Assembly: GCA_029258755.1 (NCBI GenBank)
Contig: JAPDKC010000009.1
Coordinates: 46,967-110,966 of the forward strand
Direction: 5' to 3'
Source of the DNA: an archaeon
GTDB taxonomy: Archaea; Iainarchaeota; Iainarchaeia; Iainarchaeales; DTGL01
DNA length: 64,000 bases
Below the pieces are notes generated by a model. It worked only from the letters and a program-made list of their open reading frames with translations. It was not told where the DNA came from and did no database searches. The position numbers and the translations under genes were made by a program. Each line of letters begins with the position of its first letter. The stretch's first letter is position 1. Positions 26,049 through 35,938 of this stretch are shown in pieces.

Positions 26049-26705
26049 GTGATGTCCAGCGTAAAAAGGACTGTCACGTTTCTTTTTTTGTTACTGATTA
26101 TGATGCCTGTTGCTTTTGCAGACCTGATTGGCCCCAACTATTTAATTGATTTTCCCCTGATCACATTCTTTTTTCTCTTTGTAAATTTTGCATGGAACCT
26201 ATTAGTGGTCTTTTCTATCCAGAGAATTTTCCTAAAGGACTTTCTTTCTAAAATGCATTTCTCTGAAATTTTAAACCTTCTTGCAATGATTACCTTCTTC
26301 GGGCTTGTGGGAGACGCCATCTGTGTGCTTGGTGGCTTGAATTTGGAACCAGCATTTTTCTCTTACCTTTTCTGTGCTTTACCTATTGTTATCCTTGAAT
26401 TCAATTATCTGGCAAGAAAAACAACTATAAAAAACGCAGGAATTCTAGCTCTGTCGCTCGGTTTGCTAGCCAATCCCATACTCGGAATAACTGTTTTGGA
26501 ATCCTTGAGTGTGCAGTTTCAGGTGAATATAGCAATGGTTTTGTTTGGCCTACTCATAGTCATTCTAGCAGCAGCAGTTCTTTACCATCTGTGGAAAAAA
26601 GAAAAGCAACCTGAAAAAAGCAAACAGGCCCTTTTGTGGCTTACAATTGCTTTGATTGTGTTTGTGCTCTCAGCAATCTTTTTATTGTTTACCAGCGCGG
26701 GATAA
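26049..26705 (+). CDS. Integral membrane protein, hypothetical
   Basis: 218 aa with about 6 TM helices. Confidence 0.45.
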   Translation: MMSSVKRTVTFLFLLLIMMPVAFADLIGPNYLIDFPLITFFFLFVNFAWNLLVVFSIQRIFLKDFLSKMHFSEILNLLAMITFFGLVGDAICVLGGLNLEPAFFSYLFCALPIVILEFNYLARKTTIKNAGILALSLGLLANPILGITVLESLSVQFQVNIAMVLFGLLIVILAAAVLYHLWKKEKQPEKSKQALLWLTIALIVFVLSAIFLLFTSAG

Positions 26706-27440
26706 GACAAGGGCTAAGGAGCCATAAAATTATCATAGCTGGAATCGACCACTAACTATCATAAAATCAGAAATACTATCCATAACAACATCACCACTAT
26801 ACGGCACTCCAATACTGGCATATATTGCGAATTGGTTGATAACAACAACATCAACTAAAAAGAAAGGGGTAGAGAAGGAAAGGGTTCATCATCATAGATA
26901 GAAGGGGGTTTGATAGAGTAGCCGGGAGCAATGAAAGAATAACGGCTCGTTTCCGAGGGAATTTAAATTTGTATTTTAAGAGAAGATGTTCAAATACAAA
27001 AGTTAGAACAATATTAAAATGACTGAACCAAGAGAAAATAGAATAACAGTCATGAAAAGGGTTGAAATTATGGCCACAACAGGCAGAGAAGCCATTCCTA
27101 TGAATAAATCCATCACTTTTTCTGCTGGAAATTTTTTCAGAAAATTGTGCGGCTTTGCATCAAAATCGCAGCTACTCATAGCTACCTAAATAAGGATTAA
27201 ATATTCGCATAGTTTTAGGGTGGTGAGGTTAGAAAAATAGAACCGAAAATCTGTGCAAAGTTATTTGTAAAGCCTTTGACGCATAAAACTTGCTGGAAGA
27301 AGGCAGGAGGTTCTTGCAAGGATTGTTCTGCACAATTTCATGCAGCTTGTTGTTGCGCATTATGAAAGCAGAGTGAAACTGGAAATTTTGTTAGGAAAAA
27401 TAATTATGACACAAAGCCACACCCATTGCTTTCACGCCAC

Positions 27441-28328
27441 CTATCCAGAAACCTTGCTTAGGATAAATTCCATCATCTTTTTTGGCACGATATTGCCTAA
27501 GAATTTTCTGAAAGGTCCCGGCTGAAAGTTTGCCTCAATAACCGCAAAGCCCTGCTTTGTTAGGTTCGTTTCTATGAAATCTATCGCGCATATATCAAAC
27601 CCTAAAACGCGAGCAGCTTTCACAGCACACTTTTCCATCTTCTCGTTTCCTTCGATTATCTCTGCTTTGCCACCCCTGCTTATGTTTGCACGCCAATCAC
27701 CTGGCTTGCCAGTTCTTCTTACGCTAAGCACCTCATCTCCAAAAACATAGCACCTTATATCGGTATTCCTTCCAGGAACAAAGCGCTGTGCAGCAATATA
27801 ATCCTCGAAAAGATGCACAGTATCGAGAATGGAAAGAAGCTGTTTTTTGTCCCTTACAAGCATCACTCCTTTTCCAGCAAATCCGCTTATAAGCTTTAAC
27901 ACAACCGGGAAGCCGAAAGCTTTTACAATGCTTTCTGTTGCTTGAGGGGATGCGCTAAGCGATGTAAGCAAGCAAGGGATCTTATTTTCAGCGAGCCTTT
28001 TTATGGTATAATACTTATGGTTTGAGATTTGGTAGCCTCTAAGAGAAACTGGTGTATAAATTTTTGCGCTATCCAAAATTCTAAGCACGGCTTCTCCCAT
28101 AAAGAAATCGCTCGAACCAAATCTTGGATAGCAAGCATCAAAATCAAGTATGTTTGTATCTTTGTAGAGTATTTTCGATGAACCGCTTTCATGTACTATG
28201 CGGAGCTTATTTATCGGAACAAAAAGCACTTTATCAAAGAGCTTCTCCGCTTCTTTGAGAAGCAATCTATTGTTTGCCTTATGGTATCGCGTAGCTGCAA
28301 TTATAGCAATACTTGCCATCTCAAGCAC
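27441..28328 (-). CDS. RimK-like ATP-grasp ligase
   Basis: ATP-grasp fold motifs (FPVVLK, GKGV, DIRCYVFGDEV, DFIETN...GFAVIEAN). Confidence 0.7.
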   Translation of the reverse strand: MLEMASIAIIAATRYHKANNRLLLKEAEKLFDKVLFVPINKLRIVHESGSSKILYKDTNILDFDACYPRFGSSDFFMGEAVLRILDSAKIYTPVSLRGYQISNHKYYTIKRLAENKIPCLLTSLSASPQATESIVKAFGFPVVLKLISGFAGKGVMLVRDKKQLLSILDTVHLFEDYIAAQRFVPGRNTDIRCYVFGDEVLSVRRTGKPGDWRANISRGGKAEIIEGNEKMEKCAVKAARVLGFDICAIDFIETNLTKQGFAVIEANFQPGPFRKFLGNIVPKKMMEFILSKVSG

Positions 28329-29160
28329 CAGAGATTTTTTCCTTAAATAGTTCGGCTACCTCCTCAAAAAGGTTCTGCCCAGTTCTTTTCGTGAATGTAA
28401 GCATGTTCACATAGGGCTTTACTTTAAGCACAAATCCTTTGCACATCTTTACCATGGCAATATCGCAGCCGCATACGCTTGCAGCTTGTATAGCTAACTC
28501 TTCCTCCGCTTTAGACAATTTTGCTGGCAAAGCTTTTTTCAATGGCTGCAAGCTGCCGTCTTCTTTGACCAACCTTCTCAAGTTATAAACCTTTTCCCCT
28601 ATAACAGCGCAGTGGTCTACTTCGCCAACTATATAATCCCTTATAAGCGCATTATCAGCTTGTATTCCTTCTGACAGGGAAAGCAATGTTTTTTCATCCT
28701 TTGCTATGAAGCTATGGATCTTTTTCCCTTTAACGTAAAACTTAACAAGCACGGGATAGCTAAACTTTTCAGCAGCTGCTTTAATCTGCTCGGGGCTTCC
28801 TACTATCATTGTTCGCGGTACTTTTATATTGTATTCATTCAATACGCTTATCTGAAGAAGTTCGTTGCTTCCGATATAAAAAGAGCCCTTTTTCAGCTGA
28901 CAGTATATACCGCGCCTTTCGATTTCATCTAACAGGGGCTCAACGAACTGCGTTAGCTCCAGCGGTGTTTCCAGATAGACGGCTTTTGTTTTGGTAAGAG
29001 CCAAGCCCGAATTTTTAATTCTTGAGCCAGACATATCGCTGAAAAGTGTTAGCTCCCTCACATGAATCGTTTTAACATCAAAGCCCCTTTCCTTGAAGGC
29101 ATCCTTCAGCAAACCAAAGCGTTTCTTCTCGCCTTCAACAGCCATTATTAATTTTTCCAT
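28321..29160 (-). CDS. RimK-like ATP-grasp ligase (second copy)
   Basis: Start taken at MEKLIMAVEG (29160) rather than the ORF-track start, to avoid overlapping the convergent protease gene. Motifs YPVLVKF and ATP-grasp C-terminal region. 8-nt overlap with the downstream RimK-like gene. Confidence 0.65.
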   Translation of the reverse strand: MEKLIMAVEGEKKRFGLLKDAFKERGFDVKTIHVRELTLFSDMSGSRIKNSGLALTKTKAVYLETPLELTQFVEPLLDEIERRGIYCQLKKGSFYIGSNELLQISVLNEYNIKVPRTMIVGSPEQIKAAAEKFSYPVLVKFYVKGKKIHSFIAKDEKTLLSLSEGIQADNALIRDYIVGEVDHCAVIGEKVYNLRRLVKEDGSLQPLKKALPAKLSKAEEELAIQAASVCGCDIAMVKMCKGFVLKVKPYVNMLTFTKRTGQNLFEEVAELFKEKISGA

Positions 29161-29209
29161 CCAAACCCCCGATAGGATAATAACATAAGACCTCTTCTTT
29201 AAAAATTTT

Positions 29210-29689
29210 TTGATTTTTCCAACTTTTGTTATGTCGCAAAAAAGGGCCTTACTCAAGGCCCTGCAAGAAAAAAAGATAGTTGGCTTGGTAGAGCCCGTAA
29301 AAATAATCGGAAAGAAACGTACTGTTGAAACCTTGGCTTTATTAGATACTGGAGCAACACGCTCAAGTGTTGATCTGAAAATAGCTGCAAAAGCCGGCTT
29401 AGGCCCCATAACAAGGGTTGCTAGGGTGAAAAGCAAAACAGAGCCAAAGGGCTACACCAGAAGAGCTGTTGTTTTGGGAGAGATAGAGATAGCAGGCATA
29501 AGAAAGAAGGTTCATTTTACGCTTGCTGATCGCTTAGGCATGCGGTATGCGGTGCTTGTTGGCAGGGATGTTTTGCATGATGGCTTTGTTGTGGATATAG
29601 GAAAAACGCACAATGGATTCAAACTTGATGATATAAAGAAGGATGTTTTGCAAAATGTTGAAGATAAAAATAAGAAAAGTAAAAAATGA
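29210..29689 (+). CDS. Retropepsin-like aspartic protease (RimK-associated 'ATP-dependent zinc protease' family, PF05618-like)
   Basis: LALLDTGATRSSVD contains the DTGA aspartyl protease motif. The size and the RimK neighbourhood match the family. Confidence 0.6.
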   Translation: MIFPTFVMSQKRALLKALQEKKIVGLVEPVKIIGKKRTVETLALLDTGATRSSVDLKIAAKAGLGPITRVARVKSKTEPKGYTRRAVVLGEIEIAGIRKKVHFTLADRLGMRYAVLVGRDVLHDGFVVDIGKTHNGFKLDDIKKDVLQNVEDKNKKSKK

Positions 29690-30113
29690 GGATGCAAGCG
29701 CTTTAGCCGCATTATTTCCTCACTGGGACGCAGAGATAACAAAAAAAAGAGTTGAAAGAGCCCCAAAAAGCAAGCGCGAAGCAAGGTACGTTGCAGAGAT
29801 AGAAGACAAAGTTGTAGCGCACCTGCTTGTAAGATTTGGTGCAGGATGGCAGAGCCACATAGCAACTTTTTACTCTTTAGTAGTCCATCCTGATTACAGG
29901 CGCAAGGGCATAGCCACAGAACTTATAAAATACGCAATTAAAAACATGCCCAAGCACATAGAGATCGTTAATGCCCAGGTTCAGCACGATAATAAGGCAT
30001 CTTTAGCCCTTTTTTCCAAGCTCGGCTTTGAGGTTTATGGAAGATTAAAGGACGGTTGGAAGAAAGAAGGCGTATACAAAGACCTAATCCTTCTGATGAA
30101 AAGGATAAGATAG
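29643..30113 (+). CDS. GNAT-family N-acetyltransferase
   Basis: Acetyl-CoA binding motif RRKGIATELI. The likely start is MLKIKIRK at 29655. Confidence 0.7.
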   Translation: MFCKMLKIKIRKVKNEDASALAALFPHWDAEITKKRVERAPKSKREARYVAEIEDKVVAHLLVRFGAGWQSHIATFYSLVVHPDYRRKGIATELIKYAIKNMPKHIEIVNAQVQHDNKASLALFSKLGFEVYGRLKDGWKKEGVYKDLILLMKRIR

Positions 30114-30560
30114 CTAAATTTCTTCTATACCAAGATCTATGGCTAAGCGCTTCTTTATCAAGGAGCTTTTAAACCTTTTAGGCATATATGCTCTTAAGCG
30201 AACCACCTTCGCCTTTACAGAATGCTCCTTAAGAAATCGCTCCAATGTTTTTTTGCTGATATTGTGATCATAGCCCAAAGCGACAATATCGGGCTTATAC
30301 TTAAGAATCACTGCAAGTTTATCCTTCTTCGAGCCAAGAATTGCTTTGTCCACAAATTTTAAGGAGTTTATTATCGCTACTCTTTGCCTTTCATCTTTTA
30401 ATGGCAAGCTCCCCTTTTCCTTCAAAACATTTTCATCCCTTGCAACCACAACCAGAAGCTTATTGCCAAGCGCCTTTGCTTTTTTAAGATAATAGATATG
30501 CCCCAAATGCAATATGTCAAAGCAACCAAAAGCCATCACAAGTTTTTCTCTTTTCATCAC
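30114..30560 (-). CDS. Cytidylyltransferase-like nucleotidyltransferase (possibly FAD synthase RibL)
   Basis: MAFGCFDILHLGHIYYL is the (H/T)xGH motif of the nucleotidylyl transferase superfamily. The 148-aa size is typical of archaeal RibL. Confidence 0.5.
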   Translation of the reverse strand: MMKREKLVMAFGCFDILHLGHIYYLKKAKALGNKLLVVVARDENVLKEKGSLPLKDERQRVAIINSLKFVDKAILGSKKDKLAVILKYKPDIVALGYDHNISKKTLERFLKEHSVKAKVVRLRAYMPKRFKSSLIKKRLAIDLGIEEI

Positions 30561-30622
30561 TTTTTAAATTATAAGAGTTAAGTTTAAATAGATGTAAAGT
30601 TAAAAACTTAATTGGTGAACAC

Positions 30623-31339
30623 ATGCAGATTAATCCATTATTCATATTTGCACACCCGGTGAAAACGCTTCAGGATGCTATAGAAAAACCGGATTTTAAC
30701 AAAGCCTTCTTTATAGTCATGATTCCCACAATCCTTTTTGTATCCTTCAATCTGTTAGCAGGGCTCAAGCTTGATATGTTCACTGTAGCCAGGCATGCTG
30801 GCCTACATTACCTAAGCTGGATTATCGCAAGCTCGGTGTTTTATTTCTTTGCATTTCTTGTTGCTGGAAAAACCATTAAAGGGAAGTTCCTTTCTATAAT
30901 GTGTGCTCTTTCATATCTTTGGATTTTTTTGGCTATAATGATGCTTGTTTCCTTCCTGCTTTTAATGGGTTCGCCCAAATTTATCGAGATTCAGCAAATA
31001 GTTAGGAAAAAGTCGCTTACCGCAGATGAAGTAGAAACCTTGTACAACATCCTCACCAGAAATGACTCAGAGGCCCTAGAAAACTTTGAGAAGGTGCACG
31101 ATATAAGAACGGATCTGAGCAAATATATGCTTACGAAAGAAGAAGTAGCTACCATAAATAATATAAGTGCCTTTGGTTTTATTTCTGGCACAATCCTTCT
31201 ATTTTATATGCTCTTCCTTTATCCATTTATAACCCTTAAACTTTTGGTGAAAAAAGGGTCTGCAGCGGTATTTATTTTATATATCATTGCTGGCACAGTA
31301 ACGCTTTATACTATTTCGGCTCCTTTTAAGCTCTTCTAA
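30623..31339 (+). CDS. Yip1-like multi-TM membrane protein, hypothetical
   Basis: 238 aa with about 5 TM helices. Confidence 0.4.
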   Translation: MQINPLFIFAHPVKTLQDAIEKPDFNKAFFIVMIPTILFVSFNLLAGLKLDMFTVARHAGLHYLSWIIASSVFYFFAFLVAGKTIKGKFLSIMCALSYLWIFLAIMMLVSFLLLMGSPKFIEIQQIVRKKSLTADEVETLYNILTRNDSEALENFEKVHDIRTDLSKYMLTKEEVATINNISAFGFISGTILLFYMLFLYPFITLKLLVKKGSAAVFILYIIAGTVTLYTISAPFKLF

Positions 31340-31800
31340 GGTTTTCTTCGGATTATGGCCAAAATTCCGAAAGCAACTAAGATAATAAAGCTCGGAGGAA
31401 GCTCATCTATATTAACTCCGCTAATATCCCTTGGAACAACAAAGAAGCGTATTAGTCTGCAAGTACCGCTTGGATCGCAGCTTGAAGAAATTTCGGCCAA
31501 AACAGCATATTTTCCAGGAGAAAGGGGCTGCGAAAGAGAGAAACTTTGAATAGTGTTGCAGTGCACATTTATGAGAGAAGAGCCTATCTGGGTCTTTGGC
31601 TCAGTTTCCCAGTCATAGAGAGTTAGATTCACTGTTCCAGAGCTTGGGTTGCCAGAGGCATCATAGCATTCAACATACACTCTAGGCATGCCATTTAGAA
31701 GAGAGATATTCATATCCGTTATGGAATATTGAGCATGCACAGCATACAAAAGCACCAAACAAGCTAGAAGGAATGTTGCAGAGCGAAGCATAAAAACCAT
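31336..31800 (-). CDS. Secreted protein with C-terminal TM anchor plus basic tail (PGF-CTERM-like sorting signal?)
   Basis: Signal peptide MVFMLRSATFLLACLVLLYAVHA. The C-terminus is LPPSFIILVAFGILAIIRRKP. Confidence 0.45.
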   Translation of the reverse strand: MVFMLRSATFLLACLVLLYAVHAQYSITDMNISLLNGMPRVYVECYDASGNPSSGTVNLTLYDWETEPKTQIGSSLINVHCNTIQSFSLSQPLSPGKYAVLAEISSSCDPSGTCRLIRFFVVPRDISGVNIDELPPSFIILVAFGILAIIRRKP

Positions 31801-31824
31801 AATAATGAAAACTAAAAGGTATTA

Positions 31825-32283
31825 TTAAATCTTATCGGTTGTCTCTAGAAGCTCGGTAAATATTTGCATAAGAAGCTTTGGCAACTGCGAGCGTATCATT
31901 TTGCCATCAGATAGGGCACAGCCGATTATCTTTCCTCTAAACTTTAAAGCAACATAGCCAGCTTCCATACTTTTTTCTAAGGGTTTGCCTTTTATTAAAT
32001 CCAAAAGTTCTCTTTCATTTACCGAACATATGCGTTTTTTTATATAAGGTGCAAAAAACTGTAATGCAAAGCTTGTTGGTTTAAGCCCCCACTTTGTAGT
32101 ATGTAAGATTCTTAAGCCGAACGTTTGGATGTTAAATCCCTCTACTTTTTTAAGGTCTTTTGAAACAAGCCATATAGAGCTACCTCTCTCCAAAAACTCA
32201 AAGTGCTTGAAGGCTTTCTTTGGAATGCCGAATTGAGCAAAGTATTCCTCAACCTTTTTTCTTAAGTTTTGCAATAAAGGCAC
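31825..32283 (-). CDS. PUA-like / RsmF-C-terminal-like domain protein (may belong with the upstream Nop2/Sun gene)
   Basis: 152 aa. It overlaps the 3' end of the methyltransferase gene by 35 nt in a different frame. Confidence 0.4.
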   Translation of the reverse strand: MPLLQNLRKKVEEYFAQFGIPKKAFKHFEFLERGSSIWLVSKDLKKVEGFNIQTFGLRILHTTKWGLKPTSFALQFFAPYIKKRICSVNERELLDLIKGKPLEKSMEAGYVALKFRGKIIGCALSDGKMIRSQLPKLLMQIFTELLETTDKI

Positions 32284-33145
32284 CTCCCGAATTTAGGTGA
32301 TGAGGATAAATCCTTATGGCTTTTTTTAGTTCTTCTCCATAGAATTCCTTTCCAAAGCTTTCGAGCCCTTTCTCATGCGGCACGCTAATACCTATTTTTT
32401 CAATCTTTACTTCCTGTTCTTCTAATATAGCAGCAACGACCCTCTCGTTCTCTTCTGGAGCAAACGTGCATGTGCAATAAACTATTGTTCCATTCGGCTT
32501 TGTCAGCTCGCAAGCTTTTTTCAGCAAAGCTTTCTGCAAACTGCTTAGCGTTTCCCTAGTTTCTCTGGGCATTAGTGTTATTTTGTTTTGCAAGTTTCCT
32601 TCAGCCGTGCACGGAGCATCAACAAGCACATAATCAAATCGCTCTGAGGTATCCAACTTGGTTGCATCATTCCAGCTTACAATAACGTTTACGCAAGCTA
32701 AGCGCGAAACGTTAGCAACTAAGCTTTTGAGCCTTGCTATTGCTTTATCGTTAGCAACAACGGTGCCGGTATTTTCCATAAGAGCGCTAAGCTGTGTTGT
32801 TTTCCCACCAGGAGCTGCGCACATGTCCAAAACAAGCGAATGCTTTTTAGGCGCTAAGGCAAGAGCAGCAGCCATCGCTGACTCTTCTTGAATATAATAG
32901 TGGCCTAGAGCATGGTAAAGGGTTTTTCCTGGCTTTTCAACATAACCTAAGCGAAAGCCATCTTTATACCAAGAAATTGATTCAACATGGGCAAAGCATT
33001 CTTTTAGCTCTTCTATAAGCTCCTTTCTAGCTACTTTATGAGGATTCCAACGAACAGTGGTTATGCGCCTGCTTTTTATTGCTTGTAAAAATGTATCAAA
33101 ATCAGGAATAATATCCTTATATCTATACAGCGTTTCTTTGACCAT
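32249..33145 (-). CDS. NOL1/NOP2/Sun family RNA (cytosine-C5)-methyltransferase
   Basis: DMCAAPGGKT (motif I), DAPCT (motif IV Cys) and YCTCT (motif VI Cys). Confidence 0.85.
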   Translation of the reverse strand: MVKETLYRYKDIIPDFDTFLQAIKSRRITTVRWNPHKVARKELIEELKECFAHVESISWYKDGFRLGYVEKPGKTLYHALGHYYIQEESAMAAALALAPKKHSLVLDMCAAPGGKTTQLSALMENTGTVVANDKAIARLKSLVANVSRLACVNVIVSWNDATKLDTSERFDYVLVDAPCTAEGNLQNKITLMPRETRETLSSLQKALLKKACELTKPNGTIVYCTCTFAPEENERVVAAILEEQEVKIEKIGISVPHEKGLESFGKEFYGEELKKAIRIYPHHLNSGGAFIAKLKKKG

Positions 33146-33178
33146 AATCTAAAACTAATGCTGATTTGTTTTAAAACG

Positions 33179-34450
33179 CTATTCGTAGAATGGAAACTGC
33201 TTGCAAAGTTCTTTGATTTCAGCTTTAACCTTTTCTATCACTGCTTTGCTCTTTGGGTTTTCAATTATGCGATTTATGAGATATGCAAGAAATACCATCT
33301 CAGATTCTTTCATGCCTCGTGTTGTCACTGCCGGCGTCCCTAAGCGGATTCCGCTAGGATCCCAGGGCTTTCTCTTATCATAAGGAATCGTGTTTTTATT
33401 GCAATATATTCCTGCCTTTTCCAAAGCTTTTTCTGCTTCAAGCCCCGTTGTCCCTTTGGAAGTAACATCAACAAGCAATAGATGCGTATCCGTGCCGTTG
33501 GAAACTATTCTGTTCCCTAAAGAAGCGAGCTCTTCAGCAAGTACGCGAGCGTTCTTTACAACTTGCTTTGCATAACGCTTAAAGCTTGGTTGCAAAGCTT
33601 CTTTAAAAGCAACTGCTTGTGCAGCGATCACATTTTCGTGCGGGCCACCCTGCAAGAAAGGAAACACAGCTTTATCGATTGCCTCAGCAAATTCCTTCTT
33701 GCACATTATTGCAGCACCTCTCGGGCCGCGAAGCGTTTTGTGTGTTGTGGTTGTGACAACATCGAAGTATGGCACAGGGTTTTCGTGCATGCCGGTACAG
33801 CATAAGCCGGCTATATGTGCTATGTCTGCCATGGCGTAAGCACCGACAGAATCAGCAATTTCCCTAAATCGCTTAAAATCTATTGCTCTAGGGTAAGCGG
33901 TATAGCCAGAAAGAAGCAAGGAGGGCTTTTCCTTTTTAGCAAGCCTTTCGATTGCGTCATAATCCAATAGCTCAGTTTTGGGATCGACACCATAATGCAC
34001 AACTTTGAAAAGCACCCCAGAAAAATTCACTTTGTGGCCATGCGTTAGATGGCCGCCCATATCGAGGCGCATAGCCATAAATTTTTCTCCCGGCTTTAGG
34101 AACGCAAACAAAGCAGCCATGTTTGCTGGCGAACCGCTTAGTGGCTGAACGTTTGCATGTTCTGCCTCAAAAAGCTTTTTTAACCTGTTTATTGCCAACA
34201 ATTCTATTTTATCTATTATTTCATTACCACCATAGTAGCGCTTGCCTGCATAGCCCTCGCTGTATTTATTTGTTGGCACCGTTGCCAAAGCTTCAAGAAC
34301 CGCTTGACTTACAAGATTTTCGCTTGGAATAAGCTCTACACCCTGCATTTGCCTTTCCTTTTCTTGAATTATGAGAGAATAAAGCTTTGGATCAACTTCT
34401 TTTAGAGCTTCAAGATGCATTCGGTGCTTTTTCATACGCATCAAAAACAC
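33179..34450 (-). CDS. glyA: Serine hydroxymethyltransferase
   Basis: SHMT signatures: LIPSEN, YSEGYAGKRYYGG, and PLP-Lys region TTTTHKTLRGPRG. Confidence 0.9.
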   Translation of the reverse strand: MFLMRMKKHRMHLEALKEVDPKLYSLIIQEKERQMQGVELIPSENLVSQAVLEALATVPTNKYSEGYAGKRYYGGNEIIDKIELLAINRLKKLFEAEHANVQPLSGSPANMAALFAFLKPGEKFMAMRLDMGGHLTHGHKVNFSGVLFKVVHYGVDPKTELLDYDAIERLAKKEKPSLLLSGYTAYPRAIDFKRFREIADSVGAYAMADIAHIAGLCCTGMHENPVPYFDVVTTTTHKTLRGPRGAAIMCKKEFAEAIDKAVFPFLQGGPHENVIAAQAVAFKEALQPSFKRYAKQVVKNARVLAEELASLGNRIVSNGTDTHLLLVDVTSKGTTGLEAEKALEKAGIYCNKNTIPYDKRKPWDPSGIRLGTPAVTTRGMKESEMVFLAYLINRIIENPKSKAVIEKVKAEIKELCKQFPFYE

Positions 34451-34546
34451 CTTTCATAGCACAAAAACCGGGAAGAGTTTAAAAAGATAATTCCCAAAGC
34501 AAATCTTTTTTATTTAAAACCGTGCCAAATATTATAAGGGTTAGCA

Positions 34547-35938
34547 ATGGTAGTAATTCACAACACCCTTGGCGATAAGAAGCAAGAATTTGTGCCTGAA
34601 AAAAAAGGCTTAGTGCGCATGTATGTCTGTGGCCCTACTGTATATGGGCCTGCGCATATAGGGCATGCTAGAACTTATATAGCATTTGATGTAATAAGAC
34701 GATACTTCGAGTATAAAGGATTTGAGGTAAAGCTTGTTATAAATATCACAGATGTGCACGATGATATGATAGAAGAAGCAAATAAGCTAAATACAACTAT
34801 TTTTGAATTAGGAGATCGTTATACAAAACGCTTTTTTGAGGATATGAAAGCTTTACGTGTAAAGCCAGCAAGTGCTTACCCAAGGGTAACAAAGGAGATT
34901 GATGCTATAATAGAAACAATAAAGCTTCTTTACGAAAAAGGCTTTGCTTATGAAACCAATGATGGTGTCTACTACGATATAAGCAAATTTCCCGAGTATG
35001 GAAAGCTTTCTGGTATAAAGCCAAACAAAAGCATTACAGGCACTAGAGTTGATACTGATAAGTATGAGAAGAAGAAAGCGCAGGACTTCGCACTTTGGAA
35101 GAAGGCAAAGCCAAATGAACCATATTGGCCTAGTCCCTGGGGCGATGGAAGACCCGGCTGGCATATAGAATGCTCGACAATGAGCACAAAATATTTAGGC
35201 TTGCCTATAGATATACATGGCGGCGCGGTAGATCTTATATTCCCGCATCATGAAAATGAGATAGCTCAAAGCGAAGCTGCATACGGAATTAAACCTTTTG
35301 TGAAGTATTGGATGCATACTGGCTTTCTTACCATTCGCGGTCAGAAGATGAGCAAGTCCTTAGGCAACTTTATAACAGTTCCAGAATTATTGCAAAAGTA
35401 TGATGCCAGAGTGTTCAGATTCTTTATCGTAACTAAACATTACAGAAGCCAAATAGATTTTTCAGAGGAAGCGATGGAGCAAGCGAAAAATAGTTTAAAA
35501 CGCTTGGATGAGTTTATTCAGCGCTTATATGAAGTTGAGCTTCAAGGCAACGCAAGCGTTGTTGAGCCAATTTTAAGCGAAACTAAGGTTTCGTTTGAAA
35601 AAGCCATGGATAACGACTTCAATGCACCTGCGGCTTGGAGCGCAATCTTTAAGCTGGAAACAGAAGTAAACAAACTCATGAACGAAAATAAGATGACTAG
35701 AGAAGCTGCGCAAGCTGTTATAGAATTTTTAAAGAAGATTGATTCCGTCTTTGACGTGCTTTCCTTCAAAAAACCTGAGCAAAAGCTTACCGCTGAACAG
35801 GAGAAGCTTATTAAACTGAGAGAACAATTGCGGAGGGAAAAGAAGTTTGAGGAAGCCGACAAGATAAGAGAGCAACTGGCGCAGCAAGGAATTATCCTTA
35901 TAGATACTCCACAAGGTACTAAATGGCGAAAAGTATGA
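34547..35938 (+). CDS. cysS: Cysteinyl-tRNA synthetase
   Basis: HIGHARTY (HIGH) and KMSKS motifs. Zn-binding Cys residues at CGPT and WHIEC. Confidence 0.95.
   Translation: MVVIHNTLGDKKQEFVPEKKGLVRMYVCGPTVYGPAHIGHARTYIAFDVIRRYFEYKGFEVKLVINITDVHDDMIEEANKLNTTIFELGDRYTKRFFEDMKALRVKPASAYPRVTKEIDAIIETIKLLYEKGFAYETNDGVYYDISKFPEYGKLSGIKPNKSITGTRVDTDKYEKKKAQDFALWKKAKPNEPYWPSPWGDGRPGWHIECSTMSTKYLGLPIDIHGGAVDLIFPHHENEIAQSEAAYGIKPFVKYWMHTGFLTIRGQKMSKSLGNFITVPELLQKYDARVFRFFIVTKHYRSQIDFSEEAMEQAKNSLKRLDEFIQRLYEVELQGNASVVEPILSETKVSFEKAMDNDFNAPAAWSAIFKLETEVNKLMNENKMTREAAQAVIEFLKKIDSVFDVLSFKKPEQKLTAEQEKLIKLREQLRREKKFEEADKIREQLAQQGIILIDTPQGTKWRKV

Noticed and set aside
34853-35187. 103-aa and 71-aa minus-strand ORFs
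   Set aside because: They are antisense to cysS.
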